Shown here: one piece after another, positions 54,712-64,000 of the stretch
How positions within the stretch are numbered: position 1 is the first letter of the stretch
How the letters are laid out: each line of letters begins with the position of its first letter
Source of the DNA: an uncultured Deinococcaceae bacterium
GTDB lineage: Bacteria; Deinococcota; Deinococci; Deinococcales; Deinococcaceae
DNA: 64,000 nt
Direction of reading: 5' to 3'
Assembly (NCBI GenBank): GCA_964252075.1
Contig: CAXULY010000001.1
Span: 337,237 to 401,236 of the forward strand
Position numbers and translations under genes: made by a program
Notes under the pieces: model-generated
The model's database searches: none
Told to the model about the DNA's origin: nothing
Seen by the model: the letters and a program-made list of their open reading frames with translations, nothing else

Positions 54712-55026
54712 GTGATTCGCGCCCTCCTGTTCACCCTCGGCCTGACCGGCGTGGCCCTCGCCGCGAACGGCCCCGCCGTACCGTCGTCCTCCATCCTGAC
54801 CGCCTGCAGGCTGCCGCTTGCGCCCTCGGCTGGCCTCGCGGAGAACTGCGCGGCGTTGTTCGCGGTGTCCACCCCGCTGGGCGCGCCCGGCTCCAGCCTG
54901 CCCTTCTCCCTGGCGGACGACGCCACGAACGCGCTGGTGCGCGACCAGAACGGTCAGCTCAGGGAGCGCAACCTGTACCTGAACAGCCTAGACCTGAAGG
55001 TCATGCGCGACCACCTGATGCCCTGA
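54712..55026 (+). CDS. Small secreted hypothetical protein
   Basis: MIRALLFTLGLTGVALA signal peptide; TACCCT 6 nt before GTG. Confidence 0.65.
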   Translation: MIRALLFTLGLTGVALAANGPAVPSSSILTACRLPLAPSAGLAENCAALFAVSTPLGAPGSSLPFSLADDATNALVRDQNGQLRERNLYLNSLDLKVMRDHLMP

Positions 55027-55078
55027 GTGTGGCGAAAGGGGCGGGCCACCATGGTGGCCCGCCCCTTCCTTGTGGGGT

Positions 55079-56527
55079 TCAGTCGGCGGCGCCCGCGACC
55101 GTGGGAACGGGTTTGGGGGCGGGCGTCACGAAGGCCAGCACGGCGCTCACGGCGCTCAGCACCGTGAGCGTCCAGAAGGCGGTGCGCAGGCCACCCAAGA
55201 AGGGTTCGAGGGTCGTGGCGGGCAGGTTGCTGGCGAGGCCAGAGAAGACCTGCAGCATCACGTCGCGCGGCACGTGCGCCACCACCACGCTGAGCGTGAA
55301 GATGATGGCGATCACGCCACCCACACTCATGAGGAGGCTGCGGATGCCGGCGGCGACGCCGCGGCGGTCCGGGGCAACGCTGCCCATGATGAGGCTGGAG
55401 TTTGGGGAGTTGAAGAGGCCGCCGCCGAAACCCGCGAGGAACATCAGCACCGCAATCAGCCAGTACGGGGTGTTCAGGCCGAGCAGCGCGGCGAAGCCCA
55501 CGAGCGCCAGGGTGTTCACGGTCAGGCCGATCTGGATGAGGCGGCGGGGGTCCGTGCGGTCCGCGAGGCGCCCCGCGAGCGGCGACGCGATCAGCAGGCC
55601 CACCGCGACGGGGCCCAGCATGACGCCCGCGAGGACCGCGTCGATGCCCTTGGCGCCCTGGAAGTAAAAGACGAACAGGAAGGTGAGCGCCATGCGCGCG
55701 ATGGCGTTCAGGAGCACGGTGGCGTTCTGCAGGCTGAAGCCGGGGTCGCGGAAGAGCCGCAGGTCCAGCATGGGGGCGCGCACGCGGCCCTGAATGGCAA
55801 CGAAGGCCGCGAGGCCCGCGACGCCCAGCGCGAGGTACGGCCACACGCCCGCCCAGGACTGGATGCCGCCCTCACTGAGGCCGATCATGAGGAGCGCGAA
55901 GCCCGCCGCGTACGTGACGTTGCCCCAGAGGTCGATGGGGTCGCGTGAGTCCTTCTTCGCGACGTCGCGCAGCGCGATGAGCGCCCACACGGTGCCGATC
56001 ACGCCGAGTGGCACGTTGAACCAGAACACCCACTGCCACCCGACGCTGGTGAGCCAGCCGCCCACGATGGGGCCGAGGATGCTGCCGACCGCGACCATCA
56101 TCTGGTTCGTGCCAATGGCGAGGCCGAGTTCCTGACGCGGGAAGGCGTCCGTCACGATGGCGCTGGAGTTCGCGATGAGAAACGCGCCGCCGACACCCTG
56201 CAGGGCGCGCAGCGCGATCAGCAGCCCGACGTTCGAGGTGAAGCCCGCCAGCAGGGACGCCAGCGTGAAGATGGCGAAGCCGATGGTGAAGAGGCGCTTG
56301 CGGCCGTACATGTCACTGAGGCGCCCGACGTTCAGGACCAGCACGGTCTGCGTGACGTTGTACGCGAGGAGAATCCAGATGAGGGACAGCAGGCTGGTAT
56401 GCAGGTCGCGCAGCAGCGTGGGGAGCGCGATGATGAGGGTGCCGCTGTTCATGCTGGCCATCAGGGCGCCGAGGCTGGTGACGCTCAGGGCGAGCCATTT
56501 GTAGGGGAAGCGGTGGTGCAGGTTCAT
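55079..56527 (-). CDS. MFS DHA2 (EmrB/QacA-like) efflux pump
   Basis: GRLSDMYGRKR, RALQGVG, GWQWVFWFNVPLG, PMLDLRLF. Confidence 0.9.
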   Translation of the reverse strand: MNLHHRFPYKWLALSVTSLGALMASMNSGTLIIALPTLLRDLHTSLLSLIWILLAYNVTQTVLVLNVGRLSDMYGRKRLFTIGFAIFTLASLLAGFTSNVGLLIALRALQGVGGAFLIANSSAIVTDAFPRQELGLAIGTNQMMVAVGSILGPIVGGWLTSVGWQWVFWFNVPLGVIGTVWALIALRDVAKKDSRDPIDLWGNVTYAAGFALLMIGLSEGGIQSWAGVWPYLALGVAGLAAFVAIQGRVRAPMLDLRLFRDPGFSLQNATVLLNAIARMALTFLFVFYFQGAKGIDAVLAGVMLGPVAVGLLIASPLAGRLADRTDPRRLIQIGLTVNTLALVGFAALLGLNTPYWLIAVLMFLAGFGGGLFNSPNSSLIMGSVAPDRRGVAAGIRSLLMSVGGVIAIIFTLSVVVAHVPRDVMLQVFSGLASNLPATTLEPFLGGLRTAFWTLTVLSAVSAVLAFVTPAPKPVPTVAGAAD

Positions 56528-56994
56528 GCGGGGACCTCCTCGCGGGCCGCGCGGGTGGGTTGCTCGCCCAGGTGCGCTTCCAGGCGGTTGAGGATGCGGT
56601 GCGTCTCGGCGACTTCGTCGTCGCTGAGGGGCGCGAAGAGCGCAGCGACGTGACCGCGGACGCTGGGCACGCAGCGCGCCATGAGGTCGCGGCCCGCGTC
56701 GGTGATGCTGGCGCGCAGGCAGCGGCGGTCGTCCTCGTCGCGGTTGCGCTTCAGGAAGCCGGCGGTTTCGAGGCGGTCGAGGATGCCGGTGAGGTTGCCG
56801 GGCGTCACGCCGATGCGTTCCGCGAGGGTGTTGGCGCTCAGGGGCCCGTCGTCGGCAAGGAGGCGCAGCACGCGGTACTGCGGGACGGTCAGGCCGTACT
56901 CGGCCATCACGCCGTGCACGCGCCGCGCCATGACGGCGTGTACGCGGTCGAGGGCCAGCCACAACTGGCCAGCCGGGGTGTGGGCGGTAGACAT
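56524..56994 (-). CDS. MarR-family transcriptional regulator
   Basis: GLTVPQYRVL, TGILDRLE, DDRR. Confidence 0.9.
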   Translation of the reverse strand: MSTAHTPAGQLWLALDRVHAVMARRVHGVMAEYGLTVPQYRVLRLLADDGPLSANTLAERIGVTPGNLTGILDRLETAGFLKRNRDEDDRRCLRASITDAGRDLMARCVPSVRGHVAALFAPLSDDEVAETHRILNRLEAHLGEQPTRAAREEVPA

Positions 56995-57001
56995 GTATAA
57001 A

Positions 57002-57023
57002 ATATAGTCCTATATGGTATAGG
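57002..57023. promoter_or_regulatory. AT-rich overlapping palindromes over the marR promoter
   Basis: ATATAG-tc-CTATAT and CCTATA-tgg-TATAGG; minus-strand -10 TATATT 6 nt before ATG. Confidence 0.6.
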
Positions 57024-57142
57024 TGTAAAACATTCATGGGCGCTTCAAGCTCAGCCGTGCGGCCTCACGCGCACCAATACGCTTTCTTCACCCGGTGAGC
57101 TGAACAGCATTGCCCACCGCCCCGCGTTGTCACACTCCCGCC

Positions 57143-57643
57143 ATGGACCAGACGACTTCACATGCCGAGGGCGCCAAGAAAGTCGCGGAGCGCATCAAGG
57201 GCATCCGCTTCGCCATGATCACCACCACCGGCGCGGACGGCACGCTGCGCTCGCGCCCCATGACCACCCAGGAGCAGGAGTTCGACGGCGATCTGTGGTT
57301 CTTCACCGCCAAGGACGCCCCCATCGCGCAGGACGTGCGGTACAACGCGCAGGTGAACGCCGCCTACGCCCACCCGCAGAAGGACGACTGGGTCAGCGTG
57401 AGCGGCGAGGCCAGCCTCGTGGACGACGACGCCAAGAAGCGCGAGCTCTGGAACGACGGCCTCAAGGCGTGGTTCCCAGACGGCCTGGAGGACCCTGAAC
57501 TGGTGCTGCTGCGCATCCGCGCGACTGGGGCGGAGTACTGGGACGGCGCGGGCCGCATCACCACCCTGCTCGGCATGGCGCGCGCCGCCGTGACCGGCAA
57601 GCCCGCCACCAACATGGGCGATAAGGGCAAAGTCGAACTCTGA
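57143..57643 (+). CDS. General stress protein 26 / pyridoxamine 5'-phosphate oxidase-like protein
   Basis: LRSRPM, DGDLWFF, WVSVSG, AWFPDG..DP, AEYWD. Confidence 0.88.
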   Translation: MDQTTSHAEGAKKVAERIKGIRFAMITTTGADGTLRSRPMTTQEQEFDGDLWFFTAKDAPIAQDVRYNAQVNAAYAHPQKDDWVSVSGEASLVDDDAKKRELWNDGLKAWFPDGLEDPELVLLRIRATGAEYWDGAGRITTLLGMARAAVTGKPATNMGDKGKVEL

Positions 57644-57687
57644 GGGACGGCGAAGGGGGCGCGGGCCAGTGGCCCGCGCCCCTTCTT

Positions 57688-58029
57688 TTACAGGAGGCCG
57701 AGGCGCCGGGCGAGCGGTTCGCTCAGCAGGTACTCGTCCGCCCCGACGCGCAGCAGCACGCAGTCACGCGCGAGGTACCAGTCCTTGATGGCCGCCCACG
57801 CCTCGTCCTCGCTGCCCGCCTGGAGGCCCAGGTCCTCCAGCGTCTCCCACACCTCGCCATCGATGTCCTCGGTGTTCAGCGCCTCCACGTGGGCGCTCAG
57901 ACCGTAGGCGTCCACCGCTTCATCGCGCGGATAGGTCTGGCCGGGCTCGCGCCGCTCCAACCGCTCCGAACGCTCGTACAGGCCATTCAGGAATGCTTCG
58001 AACTCGGCGGGACTCAGCGTGATTTCCAC
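57688..58029 (-). CDS. Acidic hypothetical protein
   Basis: [11 protein letters not shown]...; TACACT 7 nt before GTG; GC3-rich codons. Confidence 0.75.
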   Translation of the reverse strand: MEITLSPAEFEAFLNGLYERSERLERREPGQTYPRDEAVDAYGLSAHVEALNTEDIDGEVWETLEDLGLQAGSEDEAWAAIKDWYLARDCVLLRVGADEYLLSEPLARRLGLL

Positions 58030-58074
58030 GTCAGGCAGTGTAGCGCCCGCGCGGGCCGCGTTTACACTGGGGGC

Positions 58075-58995
58075 GTGCGACAACTCCTCAGGCTGGTGCT
58101 GTGTGTCTCGCTGCTGCTGGGCGCCCTGGCGGCAGCGCAATCGGGCGGTGGATTCGGCGGTTCGGGCGGCGGCGGGCCCTCGGGCGGGGGGTCCGGCGGG
58201 GGCGGCTTCTCCGGCGGCGGTGGGTACAGCGGGGGCGGCGGCTACCGCGGCGGCGGGTACGGTGGGGGCGGGTACATCCCGGTGCCCGTCGGCGGGTACG
58301 GGTACGGCGGCGGCGGGGGCGGTGGCCTGATCGGCATCCTGGTGATCGGCGCGGTCGTGGTCTTCGCCGTGATGTACATGCGCCGCTCACTGGGCAGCGG
58401 GCGCGGCGTGGCGGGCCTCACGGGCGCCGGCACCGCGCAGGCCGTCAGCGTGCAATTGCTGCTGAGCGAGGGTGACGAGGTCAAGCGCGCGCTGCAGGAG
58501 GTGGCGCAGCAGGGCGACCCGGACAGCGAGGGCGGCCTCGCCCGCATGCTGAACGAGGCGGCCCTGGTGGTCCTGCGTCACCCCGAGCGCTGGACCTACG
58601 GCGCCGTGGAGCGCGCCACCGGCGACGGGAACCGCATGAACGCCCAGGTGGGCTTCTGGGCCACGCAGGCGCGCGCCGCGTTCACCGAGCAGACGACCAG
58701 CAACTACCAGAATCAGGACGTGACGAGCGGCTACCTGCACAAGAGTGACTACCAGGGCGGGCAGGGCGGCCTGTACCTCGCCGTGACCATCGCGGTCGCC
58801 GCCTGGAACCTGCCGCCGCTGCCCCCGGAGGGCGCCGCGAACGCGCAGGAGGCGCGCGCGGCCCTCATGGCGATCAGCGGGGTGGGCGCCGCCGACCTCA
58901 TCCGCACCGAGGTGGTGTGGAGTCCCGACGCGCCCGGCGAGTTCCTCAGCGAGGACGAAGCCATCCAGAAGTACCCGCGCCTGACCAAGCTGTAA
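58075..58995 (+). CDS. DUF1517-family protein with Gly-rich N-terminus
   Basis: Signal peptide; AQSGGGFGG Gly-rich tract; TM segment; [24 protein letters not shown]. Confidence 0.82.
   Translation: MRQLLRLVLCVSLLLGALAAAQSGGGFGGSGGGGPSGGGSGGGGFSGGGGYSGGGGYRGGGYGGGGYIPVPVGGYGYGGGGGGGLIGILVIGAVVVFAVMYMRRSLGSGRGVAGLTGAGTAQAVSVQLLLSEGDEVKRALQEVAQQGDPDSEGGLARMLNEAALVVLRHPERWTYGAVERATGDGNRMNAQVGFWATQARAAFTEQTTSNYQNQDVTSGYLHKSDYQGGQGGLYLAVTIAVAAWNLPPLPPEGAANAQEARAALMAISGVGAADLIRTEVVWSPDAPGEFLSEDEAIQKYPRLTKL
58141..58326 (+). repeat. Low-complexity GGC-rich coding repeat (GGGY/GGGS)
   Basis: Tandem Gly codons within the DUF1517 gene. Confidence 0.7.
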
Positions 58996-59013
58996 CGGCG
59001 AGACTGCACTGGC

Positions 59014-59042
59014 GGCGCGGGGGTTCTCCCCGCGCCTTTCTT
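59014..59042 (+). terminator. Intrinsic terminator
   Basis: GGCGCGGGG...CCCCGCGCC followed by TTTCTT. Confidence 0.7.
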
Positions 59043-59287
59043 CACGTTCGCCAAAACCACAGACGCGTTCATGCGCCGGGCAGACGGCGTTCATCTGGGG
59101 CCGCTAGCCTCTGAATCAGGCGGAAAACCGCTGGGCGCCTTTTCTTCGACTCCTCCACCATCCGCGCCCGGTGTGTTGTTCCGTCGTTTTCTTGAGCCCG
59201 AGACCCCACCAGCCCGGATTTTGTCGTGCCGTGCGCCCTTCACGGCGTGCGCTATACTCGCTCCAACTTTTTACCCAGGAGGAAGAT

Positions 59288-59998
59288 ATGCGCACATGGC
59301 TGCTCACCGCAGTGCTGGCCGGTCTGGGCTCGGGTCTGGCCGCCGGACTGCCGGACGCCCAGGCCAGTCTGGACAAAGGCGACTGGAAGACCGCCGCCGA
59401 CACCGCCCTTACCCTGAACACCGCCGAGGGCTTCACGCTGGCCGCGAAGGCCTACACGCTGGGCGCGACGGTCAGCCCGCAGGCGCAGCAGGAAGGCATG
59501 CTGACCACCGCGCAGGGATACGCGAGAAAGGCGCTCGCCCTGAGCCCCAGCAGCCCGGACGCGAACTTCGAGCTGGCGCGCGCGGACGGGCGCCTCGCGC
59601 AATTCCGCGGCGTGCTGCAGAGCCTCAGTCTGGCAGGCGAGGTGAAGTCCGCCCTGGACAAGGCCATCAAGGCGGACGCCAACTACGCGGGCGCGTACGT
59701 GGCGCTCGGCCTGTGGAACGCGGAACTCGCGAGCAAGGGCTTCATCGCTACGGCCGCGACGGGCGCGAGCATCAACAGCGTCGTGCCGAACTTCCAGAAG
59801 GCCATCAGCCTGGAGCCGGGTGTGGTGACGCACCGCCTGGAGTACGCGAACGCCCTCATCAAGCTCTCCACGCCCAGCCGCAACTTCCGCCAGACCGCCG
59901 CCGCGCAGTTGCAGAAGGCCCTGACGCTCACGCCGCACAACTACTGGGAGCAGAAGGACCTCGACGCCGCCCGGCAGCTGCTCGCCACGCTGAAATAA
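59288..59998 (+). CDS. Secreted TPR-like helical protein
   Basis: AGGAGG SD; signal peptide; repeats KALALSP, KAIKADA, KAISLEP, KALTLTP. Confidence 0.8.
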   Translation: MRTWLLTAVLAGLGSGLAAGLPDAQASLDKGDWKTAADTALTLNTAEGFTLAAKAYTLGATVSPQAQQEGMLTTAQGYARKALALSPSSPDANFELARADGRLAQFRGVLQSLSLAGEVKSALDKAIKADANYAGAYVALGLWNAELASKGFIATAATGASINSVVPNFQKAISLEPGVVTHRLEYANALIKLSTPSRNFRQTAAAQLQKALTLTPHNYWEQKDLDAARQLLATLK

Positions 59999-60057
59999 GC
60001 GCGAAGGGAGGGCGCGACGGGTGACCCCCGTCGCGCCCTCCCCTTTTTGTGGCGCGC

Positions 60058-60984
60058 TCAGGCGTACAGCAGGACCGCGCCGGGCAGCACGCGCGCGCTC
60101 ACCTCGGTCACCTCGCCGCCCAGCTCGCCGTCCAGGTGCAGGTGCGTGGGGGCCGCCCAGCGCACGCGCACCTCGCGGCCGCGCGCGCACCGCACGCGCG
60201 GGTCGTTCAGGTGGTCGCCACGCAGCACCTGCACCAGCAGGCGCAGCAACCCCAGGCGACTCACGCGCGTGCCGAGCACCACGTCCAGCAGGCCGTCCCT
60301 GGGACTGGCGTCCGGCGCGATGCGAAAGCCCCCGCCGTAGCGCGTGCCGTTCATGATGGCCACCAGGCATGACGGCCCGCGGTAGAAGGTCTCGCCGTCC
60401 ACCGTGACCTCCACCTCCGTGAGCTGCAGGTCGCGCACACCTCGCAGCGCCGCCCACAGGTACCGCCCGAAGCCAGAAAGTCGCCGGGGCGCGCGGCGCA
60501 TGAGGTCCGCGACGTGCGCGTCGAAGCCCATGCCGAGCCCGTTCAGGACGGGCTCCGCTCGGCCCGAGACCTTCACCTCCAGCGCGTCATAGGGGCGCGG
60601 CTGGTCCCGCAGGCGGTCGAGCGCGCCCTTCAGGTCGCCGGACCGCAGGCCGAGCAGCGCGGAGAAGTCATTCCCGCTCCCCAGCGGCACGATGGCAAGC
60701 GGCCGACCTGTGCCAACCACGGCGGGCAGCAGGCCGTGCACGGTGCCGTCCCCGCCCACCGCGACGACCGCGTGGCCCTCCGGGAGGTTCGCGAGGCGTT
60801 CGAGGGCGCCCGCCGCGCTGCTCGTCACGAGGGTGCGGTGCGCGAGGTGGCGCCGCACCAGTTCCTGTTCCAGTTGCGGCCACACGCGCGACGCGAGGCC
60901 GCGGCCCGCCTGTGGGTTCAGCACGACGGTGCTGCCGGGGAGGCCGCGCGCGGCCTCCCCCACCGGGTCTTTGCGGGCGCCCAC
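60058..60984 (-). CDS. Diacylglycerol/lipid kinase family protein
   Basis: LNPQAG, GGDGTV, PLGSGNDF, GMGFDA, YGGGF, DGE; start uncertain (GAGGAG SD before GTG 60984). Confidence 0.85.
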   Translation of the reverse strand: MGARKDPVGEAARGLPGSTVVLNPQAGRGLASRVWPQLEQELVRRHLAHRTLVTSSAAGALERLANLPEGHAVVAVGGDGTVHGLLPAVVGTGRPLAIVPLGSGNDFSALLGLRSGDLKGALDRLRDQPRPYDALEVKVSGRAEPVLNGLGMGFDAHVADLMRRAPRRLSGFGRYLWAALRGVRDLQLTEVEVTVDGETFYRGPSCLVAIMNGTRYGGGFRIAPDASPRDGLLDVVLGTRVSRLGLLRLLVQVLRGDHLNDPRVRCARGREVRVRWAAPTHLHLDGELGGEVTEVSARVLPGAVLLYA

Positions 60985-60992
60985 CTCGCTCC

Positions 60993-62134
60993 TCAGGCGG
61001 GTGCCAGCGGGGCGGGCGCCCAGTCCTGGGGCCGCTCCGCCAGCCCGAAGTGCCACGCCACCGCCTGCGCGATGCGCTGGGCGGCGCGCCCGTCCCCGTA
61101 GGGGTTCGGTCGGGTGCGCATGTGCGCGAGGCGCGCCTCGTCCGCGAGGAGGGCCAGCAGCACCTCCTCGGCGCGCGCGCGCTCGTTGCCCGCCAGCACC
61201 AGCACGCCCGCGTCCAGGCCTTCGGGGCGCTCCGTGACGTTGCGCAGCACCGCGACGGGCACGCCGAGCGCCGCGCCCTCCTCCTGCAGCCCGCCGGAAT
61301 CCGTGATGAGCAGTTCGCTGGCGTTCATGAGGGGCGCCATGCTGGCGTAATCGAGGGGGTCGGTCAGCTCGAAGTTCGCGAGGTCCGCGAGGGCGGGCGT
61401 GACGGCCTCACGCACGGCGGGGTTCAGGTGCACGGGGTACACGAAGTGCCGCTCGGGGTGCGCGAGCGCCACGGTCCTCAGCGCCTGCGCGAGGTCCGCC
61501 ATGACGGGCAGGTTCTCGCGGCGGTGCATGGTGACCGTCACGAGGCGCCGCCCTGCCCATTCGGGGCGCAGCGGAATGCGGCCCGCCACCTCACGGATGG
61601 CGTCCACGGCGGTCTGCCCCGTCACGAACACCCCACGTTCGGCCTTGCCCTCGCGGCGCAGGTTCTCGCGGCTGAGCGGCGTGGGCGCGAAATCGAGGGT
61701 GGTGAGCACGTCCGTGAGCTTGCGGTTCGCTTCCTCCGGGAAGGGCTCCGCGAGGTTCCCGCTGCGCAGCCCGGCCTCCACGTGCCCGACGGGCACGCCC
61801 TCGTAGAAGGCGGAGAGCGCCGTGCAGAAGGTGGTGGTGGTGTCGCCGTGCACCAGCACCATGTCGGCGCCCATCTCGCGCAGGGTGCGGCCCATCTGCG
61901 GCACGATGCGGCCCGTGAGGTCCGCGAGACTCTGGCGTTCCGTCATCACGGCGAGGTCGCGGTCCGGCGTGAGACCGAAGGCGTCCAGGGCGCCCGCGAG
62001 CTGCTCGCGGTGCTGCCCCGTGGAGAGGATCATGGGCGTGAGGCCCGGCTGGCGCTGCAGGGCGCTGAACACGGGCGCCATCTTGGTCGCCTCGGGGCGC
62101 GTGCCAAAGGCCAGCACAATGCGTCGCTCGGTGG

Positions 62135-62138
<4 letters not shown>
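60993..62138 (-). CDS. wecB: UDP-N-acetylglucosamine 2-epimerase
   Basis: [51 protein letters not shown]. Confidence 0.95.
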
Positions 62139-63277
<1,139 letters not shown>

Positions 63278-63348
63278 ATGGCCTCGTCCAGTGTAGCGGC
63301 TTCGGGCGGGGGCGTCACGTACACATCATGTGTATGTGACGCCGGGTT

Positions 63349-63972
63349 TCACTTGGTGCCGTAGATGCGGTCGCCCGCGTCGCCGAGGCCCGGCACGATG
63401 TACCCGTGGTCGTTCAGGCCCTCATCGACCGCCGCCGTCACGACCTCCACGTCCGGGTGCGCGTCCACCACGCGGCGCACGCCCTCCGGCACCGCGAGGA
63501 TGCTCATGAGCTTGATGGCCTGCGCGCCCGCCGCCTTCAGCGTCTCGATGGCCGCCACGGCGGACCCACCCGTGGCGAGCATGGGGTCCAGCAGGAACAC
63601 GCGGCGCTCCGCGATGTCCGCCGGGAGTTTCGAGTAGTACGCGACGGGCGAGAGCGTCTGCGGGTCGCGGTACAGCCCGATGTGCCCGACTTTCGCGGCG
63701 GGCACAAGCCGCACGATCGACTCACTCATGACGAGGCCCGCGCGCAGGATCGCGATGAGCGCCAGTTTCTTGCCCGCCAGCATCGGGAAGTCCGCCTCCA
63801 CCAGCGGCGTCTGCAACTTCACGGGTTCCGTTTCGAGGTCGCGCATGGCCTCGTAGGCGAGCAGCATGGCGATCTCAGCGGCGAGCTCACGGAACTCCTT
63901 GGGTCCGGTGTTCACGTCGCGCAGCAGGGAGAGCTTGTGCTGCACCAGCGGGTGATAAACGACGGTAAGCAT
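63349..63972 (-). CDS. upp: Uracil phosphoribosyltransferase
   Basis: [42 protein letters not shown]. Confidence 0.96.
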   Translation of the reverse strand: MLTVVYHPLVQHKLSLLRDVNTGPKEFRELAAEIAMLLAYEAMRDLETEPVKLQTPLVEADFPMLAGKKLALIAILRAGLVMSESIVRLVPAAKVGHIGLYRDPQTLSPVAYYSKLPADIAERRVFLLDPMLATGGSAVAAIETLKAAGAQAIKLMSILAVPEGVRRVVDAHPDVEVVTAAVDEGLNDHGYIVPGLGDAGDRIYGTK

Positions 63973-64000
63973 GCCTTCACCTTAGCCCAAGCGCGCGGGC

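Overview
High-GC (~70%) bacterial chromosomal window with strong Deinococcus-like features: most genes have a TANNNT -10 box 5-8 nt before the start codon (leaderless mRNAs), and there is a SpoVS gene and a DUF4900/ComZ-type pilin locus. It holds about 62 CDSs, mostly housekeeping or metabolic: deoD, rsmB, spoVS, gltB, nspC plus carboxynorspermidine synthase, UDG, aroA, purU, pilT/U, pdxY, a U32/RlhA-like protein, rhodaneses, SufT, malEFG plus GH13, nagB-II, two MarR modules, wecB, a WecA/TagO-family transferase and upp. No rRNA, tRNA, CRISPR array, integrase or transposase was seen. The most notable items are: (1) a minor-pilin/tip-protein operon lying between the two normally linked carboxynorspermidine genes, with a sharply low-GC central segment in the tip gene, a Cys-bounded Pro-Thr loop, and an unannotated, translationally coupled 40-aa membrane microprotein at its head; (2) a candidate leader-peptide translational attenuator (M)TCGALVIRNRR whose RNA can pair with the SD of an uncharacterised methyltransferase next to a TetA-like MFS pump; (3) a GH55-like beta-1,3-glucanase lipoprotein with a LacI-type operator; (4) several readable operators, two frameshifted or decayed genes, and small ORFs missed by the ORF track. 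All product calls come from motif recognition by eye; no database searches were run.
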